NCBI GenBank assembly: GCA_965235115.1
Contig: OZ249436.1
Coordinates: 46,252,001-46,316,000 of the forward strand
Direction: 5' to 3'
From: Laetmonice hystrix
Lineage: Eukaryota
DNA length: 64,000 nucleotides
The notes under the pieces are model-generated. The model was not told where the DNA came from and did not search any database. It saw nothing but the letters and a program-made list of their open reading frames with translations. Shown here in pieces: positions 11,863 through 23,935 of this stretch. Position 1 is the first letter of the stretch, and each line of letters begins with the position of its first letter. The position numbers were made by a program, and so were the translations under genes.

Positions 11863-14536
11863 CTGGGATACTCTGGGTCCTTCTGAGCCCATATTTGGGG
11901 GGATTACGGTACATTTTGGGGTAAATTAGAGAGATACAGGGGGATTCCGGTATTTAGTCACTTGCCCTTTTCTCGAATTGTGTCAAATCCGGCAAAGTCC
12001 GGCGGATTCCAATGTGCTCCAGGGACATTCTGGGGCCTTCCGAGCCCAAAGCCGGGGGGATTCCGGTACATTTTGGGGTAAATTAGAGAGATACAGGGGG
12101 ATTCCGGTATTTAGTCACTTGCCCTTTTCTCGAATTGTGTCAAATCCGGCAAAGTCCGGCGGATTCCAATGTGCTCCAGGGACATTCTGGGGCCTTCCGA
12201 GCCCAAAGCCGGGGGGATTCCGGTACATTTTGGGGTAAATTAGAGAGATACAGGGGGATTCCGGTATTTAGTCATTTTGCCTTTTCTCAAATTGTGTCAA
12301 ATCCGGCAAAGTCCGGCGGATTCCAATGTGCCCCAGGGACACTCTGGGGCCTTCCGAGCCCAAAGCCGGGGGGATTCCGGTACATTTTGGGGTAAATTAG
12401 AGAGATACAGGGGGATTCCGGTATTTAGTCATTTGCCCTTTTCTCGAATTGTGTCAAATCCTGCAAGGTCCGGCGGATTCCAATGTGCTCCAGGGACATT
12501 CTGGGGCCTTCCGAGCCCAAAGCCGGGGGGATTCCGGTACATTTTGGGGTAAATTAGAGAGATACAGGGGGATTCCGGTATTTAGTCATTTGCCCTTTTC
12601 TCGAATTGTGTCAAATCCGGCAAAGTCCGGCGGATTCCAATGTGCTCCAGGGACATTCTGGGGCCTTCCGAGCCCAAAGCCGGGGGGATTCCGGTACATT
12701 TTGGGGTAAATTAGAGAGATACAGGGGGATTCCGGTATTTAGTCACTTGCCCTTTTCTCGAATTGTGTCAAATCCGGCAAAGTCTGGCGGATTCCAATGT
12801 GCTCCAGGGACATTCTGGGCCCTTCCGAGCCCAAAGCCGGGGGGATTCCGGTACATTTTGGGGTAAATTAGAGAGATACAGGGGGATTCCGGTATTTAGT
12901 CATTTTGCCTTTTCTCGAATTGTGTCAAATCCGGCAAAGTCCGGCGGATTCCAATGTGCCCCAGGGACACTCTGGGGCCTTCCGAGCCCAACGCCGGGGG
13001 GATTCCGGTACATTTTGGGGTAAATTAGAGAGATACAGGGGGATTCCGGTATTTAGTCATTTGCCCTTTTCTCGAATTGTGTCAAATCCGGCAAAGTCCG
13101 GCGGATTCCAATGTGCTCCAGGGATACTCTGGGCCCTTCCGAGCCCAAAGCCGGGGGGATTCCGGTACATTTTGGGGTAAATTAGAGAGATACAGGGGGA
13201 TTCCGGTATTTAGTCATTTTGCCTTTTCTCGAATTGTGTCAAATCCGGCAAAGTCCGGCGGATTCCAATGTGCTCCAGGGACATTCCAATGTGCTCCAGG
13301 GACATTCTGGGGCCTTCCGAGCCCAAAGCCGGGGGGATTCCGGTACATTTTGGGGTAAATTAGAGAGATACAGGGGGATTCCGGTATTTAGTCATTTGCC
13401 CTTTTCTCGAATTGTGTCAAATCCGGCAAAGTCCGGCGGATTCCAATGTGCTCCAGGGACATTCTGGGGCCTTCCGAGCCCAAAGCCGGGGGGATTCCGG
13501 TACATTTTGGGGTAAATTAGAGAGATACAGGGGGATTCCGGTATTTAGTCACTTGCCCTTTTCTCGAATTGTGTCAAATCCGGCAAAGTCCGGCGGATTC
13601 CAATGTGCCCCAGGGACACTCTGGGGCCTTCCGAGCCCAAAGCCGGGGGGATTCCGGTACATTTTGGGGTAAATTAGAGAGATACAGGGGGATTCCGGTA
13701 TTTAGTCATTTGCCCTTTTCTCGAATTGTGTCAAATCCGGCAAAGTCCGGCGGATTCCAATGTGCTCCAGGGACATTCTGGGGCCTTCCGAGCCCAAAGC
13801 CGGGGGATTCCGGTACATTTTGGGGGTAAATTAGAGAGATACAGGGGGATTCCGGTATTTAGTCATTTGCCCTTTTCTCGAATTGTGTCAAATCCGGCAA
13901 AGTCCGGCGGATTCCAATGTGCCCCAGGGACATTCTGGGGCCTTCCGAGCCCAAAGCCGGGGGGATTCCGGTACATTTTGGGGTAAATTAGAGAGATACA
14001 GGGGGATTCCGGTATTTAGTCACTTGCCCTTTTCTCGAATTGTGTCAAATCCGGCAAAGTCCGGCGGATTCCAATGTGCTCCAGGGACATTCTGGGCCCT
14101 TCCGAGCCCAAAGCCGGGGGGATTCCGGTACATTTTGGGGTAAATTAGAGAGATACAGGGGGATTCCGGTATTTAGTCACTTGCCCTTTTCTCGAATTGT
14201 GTCAAATCCGGCAAAGTCCGGCGGATTCCAATGTGCTCCAGGGACATTCTGGGCCCTTCCGAGCCCAAAGCCGGGGGGATTCCGGTACATTTTGGGGTAA
14301 ATTAGAGAGATACAGGGGGATTCCGGTATTTAGTCATTTTGCCTTTTTTCGAATTGTGTCAAATCCGGCAAAGTCCGGCGGATTCCAATGTGCTCCAGGG
14401 ATACTTTGGGCCCTTCTGAGCCCATATTCGAGGGGATTCCGGTAGATTCCGGGGGATTCCGGTAGATTCCGGGGAATTCCGGTAGATTCCGGGGGATTCC
14501 GGGGGATTCCGGGGGATTCCGGTATTTAGTCACACC
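11863..14536 (-). repeat. Right arm: about 16 copies of the same 157-bp satellite in reverse orientation, then the 10-bp run
   Basis: GGATTCCGGTATTTAGTCA recurs every 157 bp; there is one internal 21-bp duplication near 13285-13305. Confidence 0.97.
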
Positions 14537-14647
14537 GTTAACGGTTTATAACCCAGGCTTTGTTTCAACATTCCACGTGTTAGTAGAGGAATGGCACTGA
14601 TTATCAAAGGACAGCTACACGCAGTTATTATGGTTCCTGAAAGCAGA

Positions 14648-16005
14648 TTCATGACATCAGGACTAACGGACTCGGATACACTTGGGTCATGGTGACAACT
14701 TGGGACATCAGGACCAACTGACTCGGACACACTTGGGGCAGGGTGACAACTTGGGACATCAGGACTAACGGACTCAAATACACTTGGGTCATGGTGACAA
14801 CTTGGGACATCAGGACCAACTGACTCGGATACACTTGGGGCAGGGTGACAACTAGGGACATCAGGACTAACTGACTCGGATACACTTGGGGCATGGTGAC
14901 AACTAGGGACATCAGGACCAACTGACTCGGATACACTTGGGGCAGGGTGACAACTTGGGACATCAGGACCAACTGACTCGGATACACTGGGGCAGGGTGA
15001 CAACTTGGGACATCAGGACCAACTGACTCGGATACACTTGGGGCAGGGTGACAACTTGGGACATCAGGACCAACTGACTCGGATACACTTGGGGCAGGGT
15101 GACAACTTGGGACATCAGGACGAACTGACTCGGATACACTTGGGGCAGGGTGACAACTTGGGACATCAGGACCAACTGACTCGGATACACTTGGGGCATG
15201 GTGACAACTAGGGACATCAGGACTAACTGACTCGGATACACTTGGGGCATGGTGACAACTTGGGACATCAGGACCAACTGACTCGGATACACTTGGGTCA
15301 TGGTGACAACTTGGGACATCAGGACCAACTGACTCGGATACACTTGGGGCATGGTGACAACTTGGGACATCAGGACCAACTGACTCGGATACACTTGGGT
15401 CATGGTGACAACTTGGGACATCAGGACCAACTGACTCGGATACACTTGGGTCATGGTGACAACTTGGGACATCAGGACTAACTGACTCGGATACACTTGG
15501 GGCAGGGTGACAACTAGGGACATCAGGACCAACGGACTCGGATACACTTGGGGCAGGGTGACAACTAGGGACATCAGGACCAACTGACTCGGATACACTT
15601 GGGACAGGGTGACAACTTGGGACATCAGGACTAACTGACTCGGATACACTTGGGGCATGGTGACAACTTGGGACATCAGGACCAACTGACTCGGATACAC
15701 TTGGGTCATGGTGACAACTTGGGACATCAGGACCAACTGACTCGGATACACTTGGGGCATGGTGACAACTTGGGACATCAGGACCAACTGACTCGGATAC
15801 ACTTGGGTCATGGTGACAACTTGGGACATCAGGACTAACTGACTCGGATACACTTGGGGCAGGGTGACAACTAGGGACATCAGGACCAACGGACTCGGAT
15901 ACACTTGGGTCATGGTGACAACTTGGGACATCAGGACTAACTGACTCGGATACACTTGGGGCAGGGTGACAACTTGGGACATCAGGACCAACGGACTCGG
16001 ATACT
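14648..16005. repeat. 51-bp minisatellite, about 27 copies
   Basis: Unit CATCAGGACCAACTGACTCGGATACACTTGGGGCAGGGTGACAACTTGGGA. Confidence 0.97.
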
Positions 16006-16743
16006 GACTAGTTCTCTGTGAATAACTAAATCATATTAAAGACTCTCTACATAAATCCCGTTGTCATGAAGAAGGTACAAAGCTTCAACCAAACTGCTCC
16101 CATTTCTTTAAGTTCAAACTTTATTTTTCACTTTTCTGAGGCGCGAATCGTTAACATTTCGAGGACATCATTTACTGGTAATTTGTTCTTAATAAGCAGA
16201 GGTTTCAATTTCTTTCTTACAGTTTGTTCTGCAGCATCAGCATACTAAAGTAATGAACACAACTTTGTTCCCCTAATGAGTCTGCAGATATTCCGGACGA
16301 CACTTTCAATTCCATTCCAAAATCATTAAGATCTACATTAGATCTAACCAGGTATAATGTAGATCTAGGTATAATATATGATCAATTATGTTATCATCTG
16401 CTCAGAAGACGTATGTTATGTTAGCTTCTGCTCAGGAGACACACAGGTAGCCTTGAACTGTTGGTGGCCATGGGAAATGTTAGCGCCTGGTAGTTGAGGA
16501 CAGACCAGCTGTATGTGTCGTGGAGCTGCCACTAAACCTTTCTGGTCTCTCCTTGATGGACTTTTAACTGCTGCCTACTTGATTGGTGTGGGACGGACAG
16601 CACAGTCCAGCTGGTCACATCGACGTGGGAAGTCGTTTCGTTCTAGGTCAGTTCTTGGTAAACCTCGGCGTTCTTTAAATGTGTTTACTACAAACACCTT
16701 TCCTTTATCAGAAGTGAGTAAATAAATAAATAAATCAAGAAAT

Positions 16744-16879
16744 NNNNNNNNNNNNNNNNNNNNNNNNNNNNNNNNNNNNNNNNNNNNNNNNNNNNNNNNN
16801 NNNNNNNNNNNNNNNNNNNNNNNNNNNNNNNNNNNNNNNNNNNNNNNNNNNNNNNNNNNNNNNNNNNNNNNNNNNNNNN
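16744..16879. other. Assembly gap (N run)
   Basis: N bases. Confidence 1.
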
Positions 16880-17732
16880 GATCTCCGAGATAGCTTAGTT
16901 TAAAGTTGGTTTTTAAGAATCGAATGATGAAATATCCGCCTAAGGTTGCAGTGATAATATTACGAGAATACTAGTTAAAGATAGTATCCAAAGCGCCCCC
17001 ACTTTTCGATGTGGACTATAGCGGGTCGTTTACTGGTTATTATGAAGTATACCGTATTACCGCTCGGAAACGTTATCTTTCTCTATGATTCTATGAATGG
17101 TAAGGAGTAGTACTCAATCCACATTCTCTAAACCTTAAAACGAGGAGTGGACTCGAAGCCGTCGCTCACTGCGATCGTTCGGAGTCGGTGGCAGGTTTCA
17201 AAATGACGTCGTTTGCCGAGGTCGTAATGCTGCCGTTTCCATGAAGGTCATCTCTCATCCAGATGCATCACAGTCTGCCAGATGCATCACGGTCTGCCAG
17301 ATGTATCGCAGTCTCTCAGATGTATGGTAGTCCGCCAGCACAAAACGACATCGTTTTGGAGGTTAAATCCAACCAGCCCGCCGCTCCGGCCAGATTGATC
17401 AACGCTGACCGACGAAAGTTCTCATTGTCTCCGACAGATGTCGCGACACAGATCAATCAATATAACAACCTTTGTTATCAAGGGAACTTATGGAATATAA
17501 TGTTGGCAAAATGTATATTCTGTAATTCTGTTTGGATCGGGTTTCACGGAGTTAAACCTGCTTTAAACAAAACAACACGTTATTCACAAAATATCTACCA
17601 GGAAGATATTAGCTACATGGAGTCTGTCTTGAAATGACAAATATTACGGAAGAGGCAAACGAGCCAATAAAATATCTGGAATGGAGAGTGAGTCATGGAA
17701 GGATAGGCCTATAGCGAGGTGAGGAAATCAAC

Positions 17733-17871
17733 CCAGGGCCGAGTTTATTCAACTTAACATCCTACCTAAGCTTTACGCTTCTGATTGGTTCATTGCACCA
17801 GACCAGCCAAGCAGAAGCGTTAAGCCTAAACTTATAAGTAAGATCTTAAGATTTTAGGAAGCGGGACCGGG
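17733..17871. mobile_element. Small palindromic MITE-like element
   Basis: Internal inverted pair TAAGCTTTACGCTTCTG / CAGAAGCGTTAAGCCTAA and imperfect termini CCAGGGCCGAGTTT / GAAGCGGGACCGGG. A related fragment occurs near 37424-37500 and in the duplicate copy. Confidence 0.4.
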
Positions 17872-18652
17872 TCATTAAATGCGCTACGTTTCGGTGTAGG
17901 AATTGGAGTGAGTAGGGGTACGACCCCAGCGGCGGGCGGTCAAGGCTGGATGTTGTCAGGTCGTGATCTCTGTAACGTGCTCCATCTCAACTGTCAAAGA
18001 TCCCACTGGATACGACGCCGACACCATGCATCACGGCGACCGCCCAGAGCTGGTTGTCAGTCACCTTTCCTGTCAGTGACACAGACCCTGACATCGCCAC
18101 CGGCGCTTGATGGATCCTCAGGGGAAGCTTAGGTCGTAGGTTCCACACTCGCCAGGTGCCGACTTGTGGCAGCAGGCATTTTATTACGTGGTTCCATCTA
18201 ATTAATTGGCTCTAATCTAAGTAACAAATGAGAGGTGTTGTTGGCGCTGGGCGCTGGGCATGCGCACTACGGACGACCAGAGTGGGTGCCGTAAAACTAA
18301 GTATGCAGGAGATGGCTAATATAGCGGAGGTAGGCCATCACCCCGGACTATGGCCACGGTGGATATAACCACAGGAATGCATCACATCTGGTCATCAAGA
18401 CATTGATTGCTAACTTCACAGACGACTTCCCAAGATTTATGGATATATTCATCATGTTTCTTACAAGTCGTAATGTGTCCAAGTTTCGTAATTAGGATTT
18501 CACGTCATACTTCCGGTAACCCAGAGTTACTCAAACAATATTGTCAGACTCAAATTGTCTCAGCAGTTCACGCTACTCTGACATTGGCAATATAAGAGAG
18601 TCATGAGGTAGGACCATTGCACTTCTGTCACGACTTTGCCGAACTCCCGACT

Positions 18653-18877
18653 CCCCCCGTACAGTGTCACGATTATCTGCTCCCGATCTATGCAGACGAT
18701 AGTCGGCCGTAATCGGGAACCACGCACACTCCTGATATTGGTCAACTGCAGCTGAGCCGCTTGGTTCCCGATTCGTTTTTTCGAATCGGCTACGATTTGC
18801 TCCAACTGCAGTCGGGAGCAGTCGGGAACCATGGTTACCGACTCGAGTTGGGTAAAATCGGGAAAGTGTACGGCGGG
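18653..18877. mobile_element. Degenerate MITE, possibly PIF/Harbinger-derived
   Basis: Imperfect TIRs CCCCCCGTACAGTGTCACGATT / AATCGGGAAAGTGTACGGCGGG with internal TCGGGA/TCCCGA motifs; no clear TSD. Confidence 0.45.
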
Positions 18878-19659
18878 TTTTATTATCTACCACAAAGAAA
18901 ACATAATTTGGACAATGACCTTGATTGATTATTAATTACGAATTAATTACGCATTCTTACGGTACACTTGTTTATTCTGAAGAATCGATCTGACATAGAT
19001 GCAGCTGATGATTGCACATGGTCAGATATGGGTGAGGAAAAGTTCTGGGAGGTGATGATCGATTTGTAGGGTTCATACTCGGCTGTGTATGGTCTATTGT
19101 TCTCTCAACACCCGGATGTAGCGTTTGTCTTACTGAACCATTCGTTGTCACTTCACCGTTATAAATGACATGTTTGAAACAGCTGCACGGTTCCACGACT
19201 TCGAGGGTTATAAGATCTTGTAAATTAGTGATTCATATTTGTCAACCCAGGTGCTGGAAGCCAGGATGTCAAGTTTGTAAGTCTGTGATGTCCTGACGAC
19301 AGCGATGGTGCTGCCCCTAGCGTACGCTGTGTGAATGACGGTTACTATTGTTGCAGAACCAAATAACGCCTTCCTGAATCAGATACATCAAGAAAGTAGG
19401 AAATGTTTATATTTTCATATCACTATTGAAGATTAAGAGTAATACTACATTTCCACGTTTGCAGCATGGTTATTCAGACAAGTCCAAAGGTAAAGTTATC
19501 GATGACGGTAAACTATAGTGGGTCTTAAAACGAAAACTGGAATGGGTTAATCGTATGAAGATACTTTAAGTTTTCTTCCATGTTTGTTTAGGCTTTTGAC
19601 ACAGGTGGATTTCCATCCTTCCAGTACTATATTGCTCTCTGCCCTCCCAAGTGCTCCAC

Positions 19660-19868
19660 AACTGGGCCATCAAAGGCTTTGGTATGTCCAGCTTTGTCTG
19701 TGCGACTAGGCATAGAACAGAAACCTTGCCATTCTTTCGAAAAGAGTAGTGGATTGCCCCCCGTTACAGGTTTCTTTTTCACTTCATTCACCTCATCGCC
19801 CTGAATATGACTGAAATATTGCCGACAGGGCATAAAACCTCCAATTCACTCACTCACTCATTCACTCA
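19660..19868 (+). mobile_element. SINE fragment with a Nin-domain-like core and (TCAC)n tail
   Basis: ATCAAAGGCTTTGGTATGTCCAGCTTTGTCTGTGCG...AAGAGTAG resembles, from recall, the Nin central domain of invertebrate SINEs. It ends CTGAAATATTGCCGACAGGGCATAAAACCTCCAAT(TCAC)n, a typical SINE 3' tail. Confidence 0.55.
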
Positions 19869-20568
19869 AATTGGAAACGGTTTACAGCTTCATGTTTGCT
19901 AATGATATGTAAAAGAAAAGCGAGTTACCTAAGACATTAATACGAATAGGGCAATTGTTAACACTGGGAAATTAACATCTGGCAATTACAAAAAAACAAT
20001 ACCGACAGAATTGGTATAATGTAACTAGTGCAATCTGCGAGGAAATGTGGGGCATGTACATTGAAACGCTATAACCTAGACGACTGGATCGATTTTAAAT
20101 CGAACGCTACTTTGTAGAGATAAATGCAACAGGCAGTGTTTAAAACTGAGCATGCTCGCCACTATTTACATAAAAGGCACATTTTCATATGGGGGAAGGG
20201 CGTATAAAGCATACTACCTTGATTGAAAAACGGACTGTTTATACATCAATAAATCACGACCTGTTTCCTATGCTCGATATCAATGTTATGCCTAATGGTA
20301 TATGATTATTGGACTCCAAGACTTGCTCTGTGAGGAGATGTAAGTATTTCGATAATGCAATTCGAACTGATATGTTAAGCATTAATGTGAAGGTAAACTG
20401 GTAAACAATTCTATAATTCCTAAAACACATTTCTATGTTCGGCACTATCAAAGATTAGGGCACTGCCTACGGCATTACAACCCCTTGCCTGGCATACTTA
20501 ATGAAGGAGGATACTGATGACAGATTAATAGGCAGGATGATTTAGGATAAAAAAAATCCTTTAGTTAA

Positions 20569-20837
20569 ATTTGTACCTTAAATTCCTTAAATGCTTACCT
20601 TTGAACCCCAGGGGCACCATGTTAAAACTTCAGTTCCAGCGATAAGTATTTTTAAAATCGAGTTATGTTAGAGCCCCGAGTTCCCCTTCGACCCGCCCGC
20701 TATTTACTGAAGCCAGCGCGGGCTGGGAGCTAGCGGTAATCTATTTAAAATACTTTCGCTTATCGCTCGAACCTGAAATTTTAAAATGGTGCCCCTGGGG
20801 TTCAAAGGTAAGTATTTGAGGAATTTCTGGTGCTACT
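20569..20837. mobile_element. Kolobok-type MITE (palindromic)
   Basis: Inverted arms AAATTCCTTAAATGCTTACCTTTGAACCCCAGGGGCACCAT / ATGGTGCCCCTGGGGTTCAAAGGTAAGTATTTGAGGAATTT extend with mismatches to TTAA at 20565-20568 and 20838-20841. Confidence 0.7.
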
Positions 20838-20994
20838 TTAAGGTTGACCAAGAAAATCAAAAAGTTTATCCTTTGTCTGGATAATTAGGACCTGAACATG
20901 TTCAGTTAGAGGAGGTGGCCCGTCTTACTCAATGTCAGATGACATGCAACTTATTGGCTGCAGTTTTCTCCGGGCATGCCGGTTACCGACCCTC

Positions 20995-21801
20995 TGACTA
21001 TGAGCTGGCTATGAGCTGACTATGAGCTTGCTATGAGCTGGCTATGAGCTGACTATGAGCTGGCTATGAGCTGACTATGAGCTGGCTATGAGCTGACTAT
21101 GAGCTGGCTATTGCTGGATGTGGACATGTTCTGTTGATATAATGTGGGAGGCGAGTTCTGACTATGAGCTGGCTATTGCTTGATGTGGACATTTTCTGTT
21201 GATATACGTGGGAGGCGAGTTCTGACTATGAGCTGGCTATTGCTGGATGTAGACATTTTCTGTTGATATATGTGGGAGGCGAGTTCTGACTATGAGCTGG
21301 CTATTGCTTGATGTGGACATTTTCTGTTGATATACGTGGGAGGCGAGTTCTGACTATGAGCTGGCTATTGCTGGATGTAGACATTTTCTGTTGATATATG
21401 TGGGAGGCGAGTTCTGACTATGAGCTGACTATTGCTGGATGTGGACATTTTCTGTTGATATATGTGGGAGGCGAGTTCTGACTATGAGCTGACTATTGCT
21501 GGATGTGGACATTTTCTGTTGATATATGTGGGAGGCGAGTTCTGACTATGAGCTGGCTATTGCTTGATGTGGACATTTTCTGTTGATATACGTGGGAGGC
21601 GAGTTCTGACTATGAGCTGACTATTGCTGGATGTGGACATTTTCTGTTGATATATGTGGGAGGCGAGTTCTGACTATGAGCTGGCTATTGCTTGATGTGG
21701 ACATTTTCTGTTGATATACGTGGGAGGCGAGTTCTGACTATGAGCTGGCTATTGCTGGATGTGGACATGTTCTGTTGATATACGTGGGAGGCGAGTTCTG
21801 A
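20995..21801. repeat. 11-bp subrepeat run (TGACTATGAGC/TGGCTATGAGC) followed by a 64-bp minisatellite, about 11 copies
   Basis: GCGAGTTCTG recurs at 21151, 21215 and onward (period 64); each 64-bp unit starts with the 11-bp motif. Confidence 0.95.
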
Positions 21802-21885
21802 AAGAGGAACACTCCAATCATATAATGATATAATGTTAGTCCTATCTGAAACCCATCAGACCTCAACATTTCTACTGTGACATAC

Positions 21886-22070
21886 NNNNNNNNNNNNNNN
21901 NNNNNNNNNNNNNNNNNNNNNNNNNNNNNNNNNNNNNNNNNNNNNNNNNNNNNNNNNNNNNNNNNNNNNNNNNNNNNNNNNNNNNNNNNNNNNNNNNNNN
22001 NNNNNNNNNNNNNNNNNNNNNNNNNNNNNNNNNNNNNNNNNNNNNNNNNNNNNNNNNNNNNNNNNNNNNN
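21886..22070. other. Assembly gap (N run)
   Basis: N bases. Confidence 1.
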
Positions 22071-23935
22071 GGGCGATTAGTTGTAGACTATTTCGTCTTT
22101 AAATATGAATTACACCATCAGTAATACTGACTGGTAAACATATTTGATGAGGACAAGACCCCAGTACTATAAAAGGCCGGGTATGACGCTGGGAGAACAT
22201 TATGAGCGATGTCCTAGTCCATCGGCCGAGCACCAGCTGAAATCCTGCCACTTATTGGCCAGCCCAGCTCACATGATTAGCGGGAAAATGATGCTGTGTT
22301 TATAGACAGATGTTGTGAGATCGTCTCTATTTGAAAGTCAAATGAGCCCAGTAATGCAGTAGCTTCGGGGCTGACGCTGCCATTTGATATTTTACAGGAA
22401 AGATTAATACAGGGAAAGAGAAAATCACCGCTTGGAATTTAAATTTGTAATTCACAGTTCCTCCATACAGATGCCGTCAATGGACTTTAGCGCAAACAAC
22501 AAAATCAAATGACGGTGTCCCATTAATAAAAAAAAACATCTGTGGAAGCTTTAACCTTGAATAGAAAAATTCTAAAGATGAAAATATTTGATTTTTTCGA
22601 AGACCCATTCATTCTACTAAAAATGAAAGTTTCCTGAGACGAATCATGATGACAATGTGATACCAAGATAGACTTGTGACATTTTGCTTGGCTGAAATTG
22701 GCACGTTCCGAGTGACAACTGATGGTTCAATACGAATTGTACGCCACAGTTCGCCTTTCTACAACCAGAGCGGGTTCCCATACAAACCAGTCGAGTGGAG
22801 ACGTAATGGTAGAGGACCTGTACATGCGTGCTGCACGTGTTTGAATGATGACTAACCATTACAGAACTAACTTCTAAAACTAACCACCAGATTGCCAATA
22901 TAAATACAGCAAATGTTTCATTTAATCTTTACCGGCCCAGGGTTGTTTGCCAATTGAAAACAAAAGTTTTGAACAAAATTCAGCTTACGGTTGAAGTCTC
23001 TCAGTAACTAACTAACAGGGTTTGGTTTTATTTACCAAAGTTTTCTTTTTGATGTTTCCATTACGTCGTGCTCAGAATGTCAGCGCCATATCTGTTAAAA
23101 TGTCTACACTGTATGCTGAAATCTTTCTTGGTCTGACTTTATTTCTGTTATATTTCTTAAAATACTACACGAAGCAAGCGAATTTGAAGTGTAAAGTCGG
23201 TTCGCATACATTTTTGACAGACATTCACATTGTATGATGGAGGAGGGATAGACTATGGTCTGAAGGGGCAGGGTTGCTCCCACATTTTCTTATTATTTTT
23301 ATATTTTTTTTCGAAAGCATGAGGCGCTAAGTCAAAGTGAAGAGTGTGATGTCTACATTCCTTGGCGTCAGCCTACCTATGATATATGCCCACCCGGCAT
23401 GCTGAGGATGACGGGTTTTGAAAGATCAGAGATCAGTTTCACTGGTTCCTCAGTTTAGAGAATGTAGAATGAGCGGAGAGAGACCCTGGAGACCCTGACG
23501 TCAAGACGCATGAAGCCAACCAACCGTAGATACCGGCACGAAATGGTTGTGGCAATCTTCACCTGGTACAGCAAATCTCTGCACATAGGCCGAAGTCGAT
23601 TTGGGTTAAATATTATTTTCTTAGCCGTCATCAATAATTTGAATGATTTGAGCATGGGTGACTTTGAAAAATGAAGGTATAATCATTTATGACATTTTAA
23701 CGGCCTAAAACCAGCCACGATCCTACTTTTTCCCCGCGTGTAATTTGGGGATTGGCTCAACTTAATTCAGGAAAATTATTTTTTCACGATGAAAGATGGC
23801 GCTGCGTGCAGGAAGTGATCAATCACAGCCTCATTGTCATTTCGGCTTGACCTGCACTTGTTGACCCCGCTCTTCGGCAGGCCATCAATGCTAGCTTGAT
23901 GCCCGTTGATTCAGAATCAGTCGTACTGCACGGGA

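Larger units (their letters stand above)
6976..14536. mobile_element. Foldback-like composite element: inverted satellite arms around a 1.7 kb non-coding core
   Basis: GGTGTGACTAAATACCGGAATCC at 6976 and its reverse complement ending at 14536. A 10-bp subrepeat run lies just inside each end, followed by 157-bp arrays in opposite orientation. No transposase ORF was seen in the core (about 10140-11862). Confidence 0.75.

Noticed and set aside
7096-14445. Dozens of 82-129 aa ORFs (MCQIRQSPADSN...)
   Set aside because: They are translations of the 157-bp satellite; the period is not a multiple of three, so each ORF ends in the next monomer.
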